Below are positions 21,096 through 32,251 of a stretch of DNA of 64,000 nt, piece by piece. The stretch comes from a bacterium. Its GTDB lineage: Bacteria > Hinthialibacterota > Hinthialibacteria > Hinthialibacterales > Hinthialibacteraceae. Every line of letters begins with the position of its first letter. The first letter of the stretch is position 1. Both the position numbers and the translations under genes were made by a program. The stretch is taken from positions 53,388 through 117,387 of the forward strand of contig CAXXSM010000073.1 of the NCBI GenBank assembly GCA_963663405.2. The letters are read 5' to 3'. Under the pieces are notes generated by a model. The model saw only the letters and a program-made list of their open reading frames with translations. It was not told the origin of the DNA and made no database searches.

Positions 21096-22424
21096 TTAGT
21101 CCATCTTCTCTTCCAATTTTGACTGCGGTGTATCTTCATTCTGAGAAAGGACGATTTTCACTCGATTTATTTTTCGTTCATCTGAATCAAGAATAGTAAA
21201 GTGTAAAATTCCAAAATCAACCTCTTCATCGATTTTCGGCACGGTCCCCGACAAGGAGGTGATAAAACCTCCTAATGTATCGAATCCTTCTTGTGGGAAT
21301 TGAAAATGCAACACATCCGAGAGATCGTTCAGGTTGATTTTCGCGTCTGCGATAAGGCTTCCATCCTCTTGGATTTCGTATTTCGTGTTTTCCTCATCAT
21401 ACTCATCCTGGATGTCTCCGACAATTTCCTCCAAAACGTCTTCTATCGTAACCAATCCCGCCGTGAGTCCGTATTCATCTACAACAATCGCCATATGGTT
21501 TTTTTCGATTCGGAAGGTTTGAAGCAGATCACTCACTTTTTTAGTGAGTGGCACAAATAAAGCCGGCCGGATAATCTTACGTAAATTGAATGACGCCGGG
21601 TCGTTGATACTCAGAAGGTCTTTGACGTAGAGAATACCGGCGATGCTGTCGATATCATTTTCGTAGACGGGAATGCGGGAACGGCCTTTATTGACCGCTT
21701 CCTGACGCACTTCTTCCAACGTCAATTCGATCGGAATCGCTTGAAATTCAACCTGGGGAGTCATGACTTCTTTAACGGTGATTTCTCCAAAATCGATGAT
21801 GCTGTGGATCATCTCCCGTTCTTCTACTTCCAATACCCCTTCTTTTTCACCGATTTCGATAATGGTCCGGACATCCTCTTCCGTCAACAGCGGAACTTCT
21901 TTGATTCGTTCCCCACCCGTGAGCCGGATGAACAGATTGGCGATGAAGACGAAAAAAATAATAATAGGTTTGGTGACTTTGTAGAGCCAATCCAACGGCC
22001 TGATTACAAAAAGAGATACACGAACCGCATGTTCCTTGCAATACGTTTTTGGAATGATTTCCCCGAAGATTAATAGAAGAAAAGTAGTCGCTCCTACGGC
22101 AAGGGCGGAAGCGAGGGCCGTGGAATGTGACGTTTGGAATACGTTTTCTAGAATGAACTTGGAAATATTTGTAGCCAAAACCGACGCGAGGATGTTGGCG
22201 AAATTGTTCGCGGCGAGGATCGTCGTCAAATAGCGGTTGGGATCGTGAAGCCAGGATTCCAACCGGATGTAGGTTTCATCTCCCTCGCGAAATAATCGTT
22301 TCACCCGCAGTTTGGACATGGATGTGAGCGCGGTTTCTGAACCGGAAATAAACGCGGAAACCACTAAGCATAGAATGAAAATAATGATTTGAATCGTTAG
22401 TGTAAAATATGGATCTACATTCAT
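21096..22424 (-). CDS. CNNM/DUF21-CBS-CorC (HlyC/CorC) transporter
   Basis: SGSETA, FGEIIPK, SRIPVY and VDEYG...TIEDVLEEIVG motifs. Confidence 0.9.
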   Translation of the reverse strand: MNVDPYFTLTIQIIIFILCLVVSAFISGSETALTSMSKLRVKRLFREGDETYIRLESWLHDPNRYLTTILAANNFANILASVLATNISKFILENVFQTSHSTALASALAVGATTFLLLIFGEIIPKTYCKEHAVRVSLFVIRPLDWLYKVTKPIIIFFVFIANLFIRLTGGERIKEVPLLTEEDVRTIIEIGEKEGVLEVEEREMIHSIIDFGEITVKEVMTPQVEFQAIPIELTLEEVRQEAVNKGRSRIPVYENDIDSIAGILYVKDLLSINDPASFNLRKIIRPALFVPLTKKVSDLLQTFRIEKNHMAIVVDEYGLTAGLVTIEDVLEEIVGDIQDEYDEENTKYEIQEDGSLIADAKINLNDLSDVLHFQFPQEGFDTLGGFITSLSGTVPKIDEEVDFGILHFTILDSDERKINRVKIVLSQNEDTPQSKLEEKMD

Positions 22425-22452
22425 TGATTGTACTGATGCGCACGGATGCGCG

Positions 22453-22992
22453 TCAATTTATCCTCCCCTCTATCATGGAGCCGCTGAACTCAATAACCTT
22501 GATTCCCTTGGGAATATACGGCGCATGGAGGCCTTGCAGTCTTTCGTGAAGGATCGCCTCCATCCGTTCCCATTGTTCTCCCGTTTCTAGGTCATGGTCA
22601 TAACCAAGCAAGTGAATCAATCCGTGAAACAGCAGTTCGCCGATCTCATCATCCAGGGAATGCCCCAGGTGTTCGGCTTGGCGCTGGGCAGTTTCCACGG
22701 AAAGAACGATATCTCCCAACGCATGATGTTGGCCGATCGCTTCTCCCTCTCGCTGCGAAAAGGAGAGTACATCGGTTGGTTTGTCCAATCCACGGTACTC
22801 ATGATTAAGGCGCCGGATGTGTTCGTCGTTTACGATAGTAACGCTGATTTCCGCATCGTCCTCTCCAGCGGCTTGGAGTAGGGATTCAAGAAAGCGTTTC
22901 TGTCTTTCTCGATCGAACTGGATTAAGATATCATTCACCTCAATTAAAACTTTCATTCCATCCTCATTTTGAATATTCATACTTGATTTCAT
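22453..22992 (-). CDS. ybeY: rRNA maturation endoribonuclease YbeY
   Basis: LNHEYRGLDKPTDVLSF, GDIVLS and HGLIHLLGYDH motifs. Confidence 0.92.
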   Translation of the reverse strand: MKSSMNIQNEDGMKVLIEVNDILIQFDRERQKRFLESLLQAAGEDDAEISVTIVNDEHIRRLNHEYRGLDKPTDVLSFSQREGEAIGQHHALGDIVLSVETAQRQAEHLGHSLDDEIGELLFHGLIHLLGYDHDLETGEQWERMEAILHERLQGLHAPYIPKGIKVIEFSGSMIEGRIN

Positions 22993-23098
22993 TAAAATAA
23001 TATTAAATTTAAGAAGAATTGGTATAATGTTTTTTCGCTTTGTATTTTATGAATAGTACTCCCCTTCTATTCTTCATCACCTTTTTAGAACCAACTCA

Positions 23099-25569
23099 TC
23101 AAGCGGCGCCTTTTTTGATCTTGGATTGTTTGCCATTCTCATTTTTATCTTTAACCGCGATGGGTTGTTCCTCTTTTTCTGAATATCGTTTTTCCACTTC
23201 GGCTTCGGGTTCCGGTTCTTTTCGTTTGGCCGGCAAAACGGGGTATTCGATTCGCTGGTGCATCGTGTGCATGATCGTTTCGGAGAACGTGTTGTAAAGC
23301 GCGTGCAAATCTTTAAGAGTCAAGTCGCATTCATCGAATTGACCGTCCATGAACCGGTCGTTGATAATTTTTCGAACGAGTTGCCGCACGTCTTTTTCCA
23401 AGGTGGATTTCAGCGTCCGGGAAGAGGCTTCCAGAGCGTCCGCCAGCATGACGATGGCGGTTTCCTTGGATTGCGGTTTGGGGCCGGGGTAGCGGTAATC
23501 CTCCTCCTTCACCGTGCCTTCCGTTTCTTCTTGGGAAAGCGCCTCATGGTAGAAATAGGTTAACAAGGTTGTGCCGTGATGTTCCGGAATAAAATCGGAA
23601 ATGACCTTCGGCAGATTATACTGCTTCGCCAATTCCAAGCCGTGTTTGACATGATTACGGATAATAAGGCAACTCATATTGGGCGTTAGTTTGGAGTGTT
23701 TTGCCTTGTCGGCGCTGCTCTGTTGATTTTCAACGAAATATTGGGATTTCAACGATTTACCAATGTCATGATAATAGCATCCCACGCGAGTGAGCAGCGC
23801 GTTGGCGCCGATCGCTTCCGCCGCAGTTTCCGCCAACGTGGCCACGCGCATACTGTGTTGATACGTGCCCGGCGCGTCATTTTCAAGTTTCTGGAGCAGC
23901 GCGTTTTTCCGGCTGAGTTCCAATAGTTTGATATCCGTAGTCATCCCAAACAAGTCTTCAAAAATAGGGAGAAGGGCGATGGATAGAATCGAGACCAAAC
24001 CACCGTTTTACCGCTCCCCAAAGCAGGGACCACTTCAAAACTTTTGTTTGTATCAGCAATTCTTCAAAGGTTTTATATTGCTGCAGAGAAAGCGCGAGGA
24101 TTAGAAAACTGGCGAGGATCATCACAACGCCACCCGCCCGGTATAGATCGCTGCGCTGCCGGATTCTCGCAGCTGTATAGATGGCTCCATAGGACGTGAA
24201 CACGGCGACGAGAATATAAGGCAGCGCTCCCAAACCCATTTCATCACCGATGATAATTCCCATATAAATCGAGGTCAGCACACAGCTAAATGCGGCGAGA
24301 CGCGCTCCCACCATAATAGTCAAAATCACTCCCAATGCGCCCATAGGGATTCCATAGCCGATCTGTCTCAGCTTGTTACTTCCCAGATCAAGCCGGGAGA
24401 GATGATCGAAGACATTGAACCAGCGCGAATACGAGAAGAACTGTAATAAACACCACCGCAATTTTGCGGCCGCTAATGGGCGACTTTCGGGTAGTAGACC
24501 TTCATGAATTTCAACAGCATGAAGACAAAGATCACGGCCAATCCCAAATAGCCGATTTCCGCATGGGGGGGGAGCCGCATTATATTCTGCAGCGCCTGCA
24601 AGGTTGTTAACGCCTCTTTTGTGACGATTCGCCCGGTTGCCGATGATTGTAACATCTTTTTCGACGTGCTTCATGACCGGGGTGACGCTATCGCGTTTTT
24701 TCTCGTTTCCGTTGTTCTGTTAAGGTTTTATTGTATGTCAGAGAGGGTTTTTCATAGACCGCCCGGACTAAGAAAGCCGCGAGTTGTCTGGCCGCTTCGT
24801 TTCGTTCCGATTCAGGATAGTTGAATTCAATCTTCTCATCGAATCGTTGGAAGAATTTGTCCCGTGTTTTAATCTCATTTGCGGCGATGATGGTGTCCTC
24901 ATTCCCTTTCGGATTTAGAAAAGTAACACCGGGTGTGGTTTGGGACACTGGAGCGGATTCGGCGCCTGGATTCATTTAGAATGGTGATCGTATCGGCGAT
25001 TCCCGGACCCGCGGCCGCTTCGATCCACTGTTGCGCCGAGGTCCAGAATGATTGCTCTCCGGCGCCGCTGAAATCCGCTATACTTTTCGCGATGGAAGAG
25101 GGCAGAGAATCCTCAAGTCTGACGCCTGCTTTTCTCAATACGGATAATCCCCATGACTCGATCGCCTGCTCTTCAATAGGTGTCGTTCGCGCGGCTTCGG
25201 CGATGGCTTGTATTTTCTGTTTCATCTGAGGAATGGACGTCTGGATCGCGATTGAAGACAGGCGCGACTTTCGCTTCTTCCTCCAATTGTTTCCGCTCCG
25301 TTTTCTCTTCATCGACGTAGTCAAATTGAAACGGCGCAGTCACCGCGAGAGGGGAGGGTTTGCCTAATTGCACCTCGCTTAAATCCAATACCGCCTGGGG
25401 CCGGATAAGTAAATAAATGAATAAGGACCGCCACCACAAGGGGGCCATAATATCCCGTGTGAGGCCGAATCCCATTCCAAAACTCGCGAAACCGGGTTTT
25501 GAAGGATTGTTTCTTCTGCCCACCACCACGTGTTGACTTTTTATATAAAAATTGGGAAACCGTTTTCAT
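23099..25569 (-). CDS. 7TM HD-domain (HDIG) phosphohydrolase, PgpH-like; split by several frameshifts
   Basis: APGTYQHS, YYHDIGK, HHGTT and YRYPGPKPQSKE motifs; located between phoH and ybeY. Confidence 0.8.
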
Positions 25570-26633
25570 GGCAATATGGGAGCCGTCTCATCCCGATCTG
25601 GAACGGTTGATCGTTTACCGTGGATGTCTTTCTCATGCGCATGGTTTCGTTCCCGGTCACGAATTTCATAAGCGCCAATAATTCGTTGAACCAGTGGATG
25701 CCGGACAATGTCCTTACGGGTCATGTGAATGAAGGAAATACCTTCAATGCCGACCAAAAATTCACTGACTTCGATTAATCCACTCTTTCTACCCGCAGGG
25801 AGATCGACTTGAGTGATATCTCCCGTAATGATGGCTTTGGAATCAAATCCCAAGCGGGTGAGAAACATCTTCATTTGCTCGCTTGTTGTATTCTGCGCTT
25901 CATCCAAGATCACGAACGAATTGTTCAACGTCCGGCCCCGCATGTACGCCAGCGGGGCGATCTCGATAATCCGGCGTTCCATATAGCGTTGAACGACGTC
26001 CGCGCTGAACATATCGTAGAGCGCGTCATTTAATGGACGAAGAAAAGGATCCACTTTCGCCTGCAGATCACCGGGAAGAAACCCGAGGGATTCCCCCGCT
26101 TCAACCGCCGGCCGGCAAAGAATAATCCGCCGCACTTCCTTTCGTTCCAACGCCGAAGCCGCCGCCGCCACCGCCAAATAGGTCTTCCCCGTTCCCGCAG
26201 GGCCGATGGAAAAGACGATGTCGTGATTGGCCATGGCGTGGATATATTGTCTTTGTCCAAAGGTTTTCGGTTTGATGATTCCTTTTTTTCCCTTCAATGG
26301 AACCGTAATCGGCGCGAATTCCTGGGATTCCAAATCAGTAGAGGAATTTTGGTTCATCGAGAGAAGATATTCCACATCTCGTGGTGTGATCCGGTCACCC
26401 TGACGAATCAGTTTCAGGAGATCATCGAGGATCGACGCGGCTTTGTCCACTTCCTCCGAACCACCGGATACGACAATGCCTTCCGAGCGTACGACGATAC
26501 TCACTGAAAAATGTTTGCGGAGAAGCCGGAGATTACGATCCCGTACTCCAAATAGGCAGTGACTTTCTTCTAAATCCATAATAGGGATCGTTTGTTGACT
26601 CTCTTGTGTTTGATCCATAAGTTTCATATTCAC
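25566..26633 (-). CDS. phoH: PhoH-family ATPase (YbeZ-like)
   Basis: GPAGTGKTYLA, RPAVEAGE, LAYMRGRTL and DEAQN motifs. Confidence 0.92.
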   Translation of the reverse strand: MNMKLMDQTQESQQTIPIMDLEESHCLFGVRDRNLRLLRKHFSVSIVVRSEGIVVSGGSEEVDKAASILDDLLKLIRQGDRITPRDVEYLLSMNQNSSTDLESQEFAPITVPLKGKKGIIKPKTFGQRQYIHAMANHDIVFSIGPAGTGKTYLAVAAAASALERKEVRRIILCRPAVEAGESLGFLPGDLQAKVDPFLRPLNDALYDMFSADVVQRYMERRIIEIAPLAYMRGRTLNNSFVILDEAQNTTSEQMKMFLTRLGFDSKAIITGDITQVDLPAGRKSGLIEVSEFLVGIEGISFIHMTRKDIVRHPLVQRIIGAYEIRDRERNHAHEKDIHGKRSTVPDRDETAPILP

Positions 26634-27073
26634 CTGAATGAATTCATACTCCTTCTTTCTAGCGTCACTCAGTCCACTGTTGCGGATTCCCTGGTGAATG
26701 AATTAATAATCCCTTTATTTTTAGAGACTTGCCTTGTTTGATATTTGATAAAATCGAGGTGGATGTTATTGCGCCGCCCTTTCCGGCGATAATAAGCGAA
26801 AATGAAATCTTGACGAAAAAACGCGCTCAAGATGTTTTGTCTGTGTTGAGTTCGGGTATTAAATGAGGAATCTTCGCATATGGAATGGTGTTTTCTGTTT
26901 ATATATGTTTTATTCTCAATAAAACTTTGGTTTTTAAAGGTATAAAGCGACAAAAGCCCCAACGCAGGATCTTCGATCGCATCGCCCGCGGGAGCTTTTT
27001 TTTGATTCAAGATAAAAAGGTATGACGGAGGTTGTCCGTCAGTGTCTTCTGCAATTTCGCTCATATTGCTGGA

Positions 27074-27102
27074 AGTCTACACAGATCAGGTGTCATTGTC
27101 AA
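27074..27102 (-). promoter_or_regulatory. Sigma70-type promoter upstream of the phoH operon
   Basis: TTGACA-17 bp-TAGACT on the minus strand. Confidence 0.6.
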
Positions 27103-27481
27103 TCACTTATTTCGTATACCGGACTTTATCATATCGTTCTTTTTTATGAAAATTAGTCTAGATAACTATTTCATTCGCAATCTCATCCTCGACTCATTTT
27201 CATTTGTTCGTTGTGATCTCGATTATGATGGTTTATATGTATCATTCGCGCCGAATCGATTTTATTTTCCGGTATATTTAATACTTAATTAGTTTACTCT
27301 ATTCAATGCGCATTGTCTAAGGGAAAAAGACCGGCCCTTTTTCTTCTTGAGATGAACGATTTTCACAAAGCGTTCTCATTTTTTTTATTGGATTCATACA
27401 AGAGGCAATGAAATCGTTGAAATAGTAAATCGATCGGATCGTATTTCTAGACTAGATAAGTATGAATGAAGGAGTTATTCC

Positions 27482-27562
27482 ATGGTTGGAATTTGGGAAA
27501 TTCTTATGATTCTTCTCATCGCCGCCGTTTTTGGAATTTTTGCGATTCGATTGTTTCGATAA
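27482..27562 (+). CDS. 26-aa membrane microprotein resembling the TatA N-terminal helix
   Basis: MVGIWEILMILLIAAVFGIFAIRLFR*, with GAAGGAG 7 nt upstream of the ATG. Confidence 0.55.
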   Translation: MVGIWEILMILLIAAVFGIFAIRLFR

Positions 27563-27575
27563 GTTTTCTTCACAA

Positions 27576-28292
27576 TCAGCGGTTTGGAATCATCGCGATA
27601 GCGTCTTTCAAATCTCCTGCTTTTTTGGGTTTATGAGGTGGTTTGATCAGTTTCACACCACGGATTACTGTGATGATATCTTGATAGTCATTGTTTGTGG
27701 AAAATTCCCAGCAGACAACATACCAATTCGGCTTGACGCCCCACCGGGTTTGATAGGGATAGATTTTCGCCTTATGGATATCCATCCCAAATCGTTCGAT
27801 ACGGCTATTGAGACGGTCCTGTGTATATACGGTTTCTTTCGCGTAGGTGAAGCCGGGATTGAAATTCGCGCTTTGAACGAAAAGACCGAACGGGCCCGAA
27901 CCCGGATCGAAGAAATGGGGACAATCTGGCGTCGTGGGCAGACCACTGATTTGGCTCTGATCCCCAGCTTTCAGACCGCAGGTAAAAACGGGGCGCAGAT
28001 CCGGTTCGGAAGAAAATGGATAATAGCCGGCGCGAACGTTGGAGGTGGCCGGTTCTACGCCGAATGAGTATTTGGCGACAAGCACGAGTTCAACCTTCGG
28101 CTCCACTTTTACGAAAAGACCCTGGCTTGGGCCGTCCACGTGGATCTCTTTACTTAAATCCACCTGAATCCCTAATTCACTCATCACCCGATCCAACGGA
28201 GGTTCGGTCTCCGCGCCCGTTCCAACGCTTACCAGAAACAATAGCAGCGAACAAGTGAGTATGCTTCGTAACATTGATTTTTCTCCTTTCAA
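27576..28292 (-). CDS. Secreted hypothetical protein
   Basis: Signal peptide (LLLFLVSVGTGA); C-terminal WEFSTNNDYQD motif. Confidence 0.6.
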   Translation of the reverse strand: MKGEKSMLRSILTCSLLLFLVSVGTGAETEPPLDRVMSELGIQVDLSKEIHVDGPSQGLFVKVEPKVELVLVAKYSFGVEPATSNVRAGYYPFSSEPDLRPVFTCGLKAGDQSQISGLPTTPDCPHFFDPGSGPFGLFVQSANFNPGFTYAKETVYTQDRLNSRIERFGMDIHKAKIYPYQTRWGVKPNWYVVCWEFSTNNDYQDIITVIRGVKLIKPPHKPKKAGDLKDAIAMIPNR

Positions 28293-28327
28293 TTTGTATA
28301 GAGATTGTATTAAAAAAAGAATCTAGA

Positions 28328-29140
28328 TCATTCGGAAGCCCCAGCGTTTGTATCCTGCGCTGGAACCGGCTCGCGCAGACTTTGGGGAATCAATACGGGA
28401 TTGATCCCCAGTACCCAATCTCGTTTGTAACGGCGCCAAAAGGATGGCGTGAAATGTTTTGATCCCCGTAGCTGCGTGTCGTTTAACAGCCGGTCTATTG
28501 GAAGAGAATAGAACTGATCCAGCAAAGGGATCGAGGTGGTTTTATAAGACCAGTGCCAAGGCTCTTCCGCAAAGCCGGTCCGCTTGGGATCGGAGGTATA
28601 GACTTCATAAAATCCATACTGTCCGGCGTTCTTCCGCAACCAGTTGTATAATTTATGAAAAACTCCCCCTTTATGATAATTCCGCGCCTCGAGAAGGGAA
28701 TCCGGTTGGGATACGGCGTGATCGACCATATCTTCAAATCGGTCCCCCAATGGTGCCGTGAGGTTCCTGGAATTGCGGAGTAGCGAATGATTTCATCTAT
28801 GATAACCGCTGGGGTTTTCTTTTTTTTAGAAAACGATGTGTATTTTCGATTCCAGATTTTGCGTTGATGCTCATACCCACGGTAACTGGATTGAGAATAG
28901 ATCGTTATCCCATCTTTCTTAGCGGCGGCGCGCATCGCGTCGAACGCTTCAGCGGCTTCTTTCCTGAGATTGAATCCTTTCCCGAAAAGGACTGGTCTTT
29001 TCCGCCCCAGCAATTCGGGATTCAGGGATTATGGATTTTGCCGGCTGATTGGAACGATCCGCCCCTTGCGCTGTGGGCAACGGAAAAATGACGCCTGCCA
29101 TGAATGCTCCTGTCGTGATTAAGAATGATTTTCTCTTCAT
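28328..29140 (-). CDS. M15-family D-Ala-D-Ala carboxypeptidase, split by frameshifts
   Basis: SSYR, PGTSRHHWGTD and EEPWHW motifs spread over three frames; N-terminal signal peptide. Confidence 0.8.
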
Positions 29141-29305
29141 ACTCCCGCTGTCTTGCCGCTTGACGAATACGGAGCGGACAACCAAGATAATTTGTTTATA
29201 GTTAAATTAAGCGAATTTTCTGCTATCGCTTTCTGGATTACAGTGAGGAACTTCTATCATAAATAGAAACAAGACAAACGTCAATGAAAGGGCTCGTGTA
29301 ACTGA

Positions 29306-30625
29306 ATGAAAGACCAATTGCTGCGGCGCATAGAAAACCGGGAGGCGGTATTGGGGATTGTTGGATTGGGGTATGTCGGATTACCGATTGTGCTGGAGAC
29401 AACCCGTGTGAAATTTCGAACGATCGGATTCGATATTGATCCAATGAAAGTGGAGCGGCTGCAAGAGGGACGTTCGTACATTCATCATATATCCTCCTCG
29501 TTGATTCAAAACCTTCTGGACACGCAATTGTTTGAAGCGACCACTGACTATTCGCGGCTCCGTGAGGTGGACGCGATTGTGATCTGTGTGCCCACGCCCA
29601 TTGGATAATTTCCGTGAACCGGATCTCTCCGCCGTGGACGCGACTGCGGAGGCGATCGCGGAAAACCTTCAGGCGGGGCAGTTGATCGTTCTCGAAAGCA
29701 CAACCTATCCCGGTACCACCGATGAACGGATTCTGCCTCGATTGGAGAAAACAGGACTGGCTGTGGGAACCGATTTCTTCTTGGCCTATTCGCCTGAACG
29801 GGAAGATCCAGGCCGTAAAGATTACACTACGCATAGAATCCCTAAAGTCTTTGGGGGAACGACGCCGGCCTGTCTCGAAGTGGGAATGGCGCTGTATCAG
29901 TGTATTTTTGAAAAACTCGTGCCGGTATCTTCTACCCGCGCGGCGGAATTGACGAAACTTCTTGAAAATATATACCGGGCGGTCAATATCGCGCTTGTTA
30001 ACGAAATGAAAATGCTCTGCGACCGGATGGGGATCGATATCTGGGAAGTGATTGACGCCGCGTCTTCCAAACCATTCGGCTATTCAGCCGTTCTATCCCG
30101 GTCCTGGATTGGGGGGGCATTGTATTCCTATCGATCCATTTTATCTTACTTGGAAAGCGCGTGAGTATGATTTCTCCACCCGGTTCATTGAATTAGCGGG
30201 GGAGATCAATACGGAGATGCCGGAATTCGTTGTGATGAAACTCGTGCAGGCTCTATCCAAAAAAGGAATTCCTATCAAAAATTCCCAGATTCTGGTTTCT
30301 GGGGGTGGCGTACAAAAAGGATGTGGATGATGTGCGTGAATCCCCAGCGCTGCGGGTGGTGGAGTTGATGCGGAATTGGGGAATGCGGGTTGACTATCAT
30401 GATCCGTATGTGCCAGTCTATCCCAAAGGACGTCACGGAGATTTGGGAATGGCTTCCGTCGAGTTAAACGAGGAGACGATCCAGCAATACGACGCGGCGT
30501 TTATTTTGACGGATCATCAATGCGTGGATTACCAATGGATCGTAGATCATATTGATCTAGTCGTTGATACCCGAAACGCGGCGAAAGATGTCGTCCGGCG
30601 CCGCGATCGAATTGTAAAGGCGTAA
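29306..30625 (+). CDS. Nucleotide-sugar 6-dehydrogenase (WbpA/WecC-like), split by three single-base insertions
   Basis: [33 protein letters not shown] and [13 protein letters not shown] motifs. Confidence 0.85.
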
Positions 30626-30627
30626 TC

Positions 30628-31450
30628 ATGAGTGAGAAGCGCGGTCCCTACGAGCAATTAAAGGAATACTATCAAACCAGCGAACGTTACCGGGACGATC
30701 TGGGCGACGCATGACGATATCGTTTCTCGAACCGTTTCTACAATTGATCGAGCGGCGTGTTTCGAAAGGGGGGCGGATTCTCGATCTGGGCTGTGGGACG
30801 GGATTGTCGACTTGTCTGCTGGAACGGCGGGGGTATGAAGCGATTGGTATCGATCTCTCTCCCCTTTTTCTGGAAGTGGAAAAAAGCCGGGAATCCAGAC
30901 GTTTCTCTGCTGACGGCCAATGCGCTGCAACTTCCATTCGCGGATGAGATATTCGACGCGGTCGTTGGATTTGAATTCATTGAGCACGTGCATGATGTGC
31001 CTGCGCTGTTGGATGAGATGATTCGCGTGGTGAAAGTGCGGGGGCATATCATCATTCATTCACCCAATTTACTCTCTCCCTACCTGCCCGCCTACGATCT
31101 GCTGCGCCTGATGCAGGGAGGGAAAGGGCGGCCTGTATTCGCGGAAACCATACCACAGGCGCGCGATTGGTTTAAACAAAATATGCGTCTCTCCATTAAG
31201 AAATGGTTTTCCCCCCCGTCCTCAATTTCTCTATCGTACACCGGATTTATCAGAAGAGCGGATCGGGGGAGACGCGGACAGCATCTACTTGGCTCATCCA
31301 ATCGATCTGGCCTTGTATATGCGCAAGAATGGCTGCGCGATCGATCAACGGGCCCATGCGATGAGTTTCCGTAATAAAATTATCTCAGGCGATCACACCG
31401 AATTTCGCTCCCTATATCGGATTGGTCGCGCATAAACTCACCATTGCCGC
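30628..31450 (+). CDS. Class I SAM-dependent methyltransferase, frameshifted; 3' end approximate
   Basis: ILDLGCGTG, GIDLS and LPFADEIFDAV...IEHV motifs across frames. Confidence 0.7.
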
Positions 31451-31502
31451 CAAACCGGGGCATGTGTTTTATCCACCTGAAAAACGAATAATTTTTTCGA
31501 CT

Positions 31503-32246
31503 ATGGCGATTCTTGAAGCAAGACAATTAAACAAAGATTACGGTTCCAAAACAGTCGTAAGCAATGTCTCCATCAATGTGGACCGCCGGGAGATCGTAGG
31601 TCTTCTTGGACCCAATGGGGCGGGAAAGACGACGACGTTCCGGATGATTATGGGAATCGTGAAACCAAAATCCGGCGAGATTTTCCTCGATGGACGGGAC
31701 GTAACCACGTGGCCTCTTTCCCAGCGCGCGCGGAAAGGAGTTGGCTATCTTTCGCAGGAACCATCCATTTTCCGCCGTCTGACAGTCGAGCAGAATATTC
31801 TGGTAATTCTGGAAAATATGCCGATGAGCGCCAAAGAGCGTAAGGAATACTGTCACAAACTGCTCGGTGAATCTGAACTCACCCACCTCATAGGACGCCG
31901 GGCCGAAACGTTGTCGGGTGGTGAAAAGCGGCGGTTGGAAATCTGCCGCGCATTGGCGTCAAGGCCACGAATCATTTTACTGGATGAACCGTTTTCCGGA
32001 GTCGATCCAATCGCTGTGTCTGAATTGCAAGAAATAATTCTCCAAATGAAACAGCGCAATATCGGCGTCTTAATCACCGATCACAGCGTGCGGGAAACCT
32101 TGGAAGTGACAGACCGGGCGTACATCATGCACGAAGGCTTAATTCTCACCCAAGGACCGGCGGAAACGCTCATCAACGATCCCATCGTTCGTGAAACCTA
32201 TCTTGGCGAAAAATTCTACTACCGCGCTGAATCGAAGCCTTTGTAG
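31503..32246 (+). CDS. lptB: LPS export ABC ATPase LptB
   Basis: GPNGAGKTT, GYLSQEPSIFRRLTV, LSGGEKRRLEI, DEPFSGVDP and ITDHSVRETL motifs. Confidence 0.92.
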   Translation: MAILEARQLNKDYGSKTVVSNVSINVDRREIVGLLGPNGAGKTTTFRMIMGIVKPKSGEIFLDGRDVTTWPLSQRARKGVGYLSQEPSIFRRLTVEQNILVILENMPMSAKERKEYCHKLLGESELTHLIGRRAETLSGGEKRRLEICRALASRPRIILLDEPFSGVDPIAVSELQEIILQMKQRNIGVLITDHSVRETLEVTDRAYIMHEGLILTQGPAETLINDPIVRETYLGEKFYYRAESKPL

Positions 32247-32251
32247 TATCA

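Noticed and set aside
26669-27064. 131-aa ORF upstream of phoH
   Set aside because: No recognisable motifs or RBS, and it runs through hairpins and AT-rich sequence; likely spurious, though a leaderless start cannot be excluded.
31422-31502. Apparent in-frame fusion of the methyltransferase tail to lptB
   Set aside because: Lies in an indel-rich stretch; LptB homology starts at ATG 31503.
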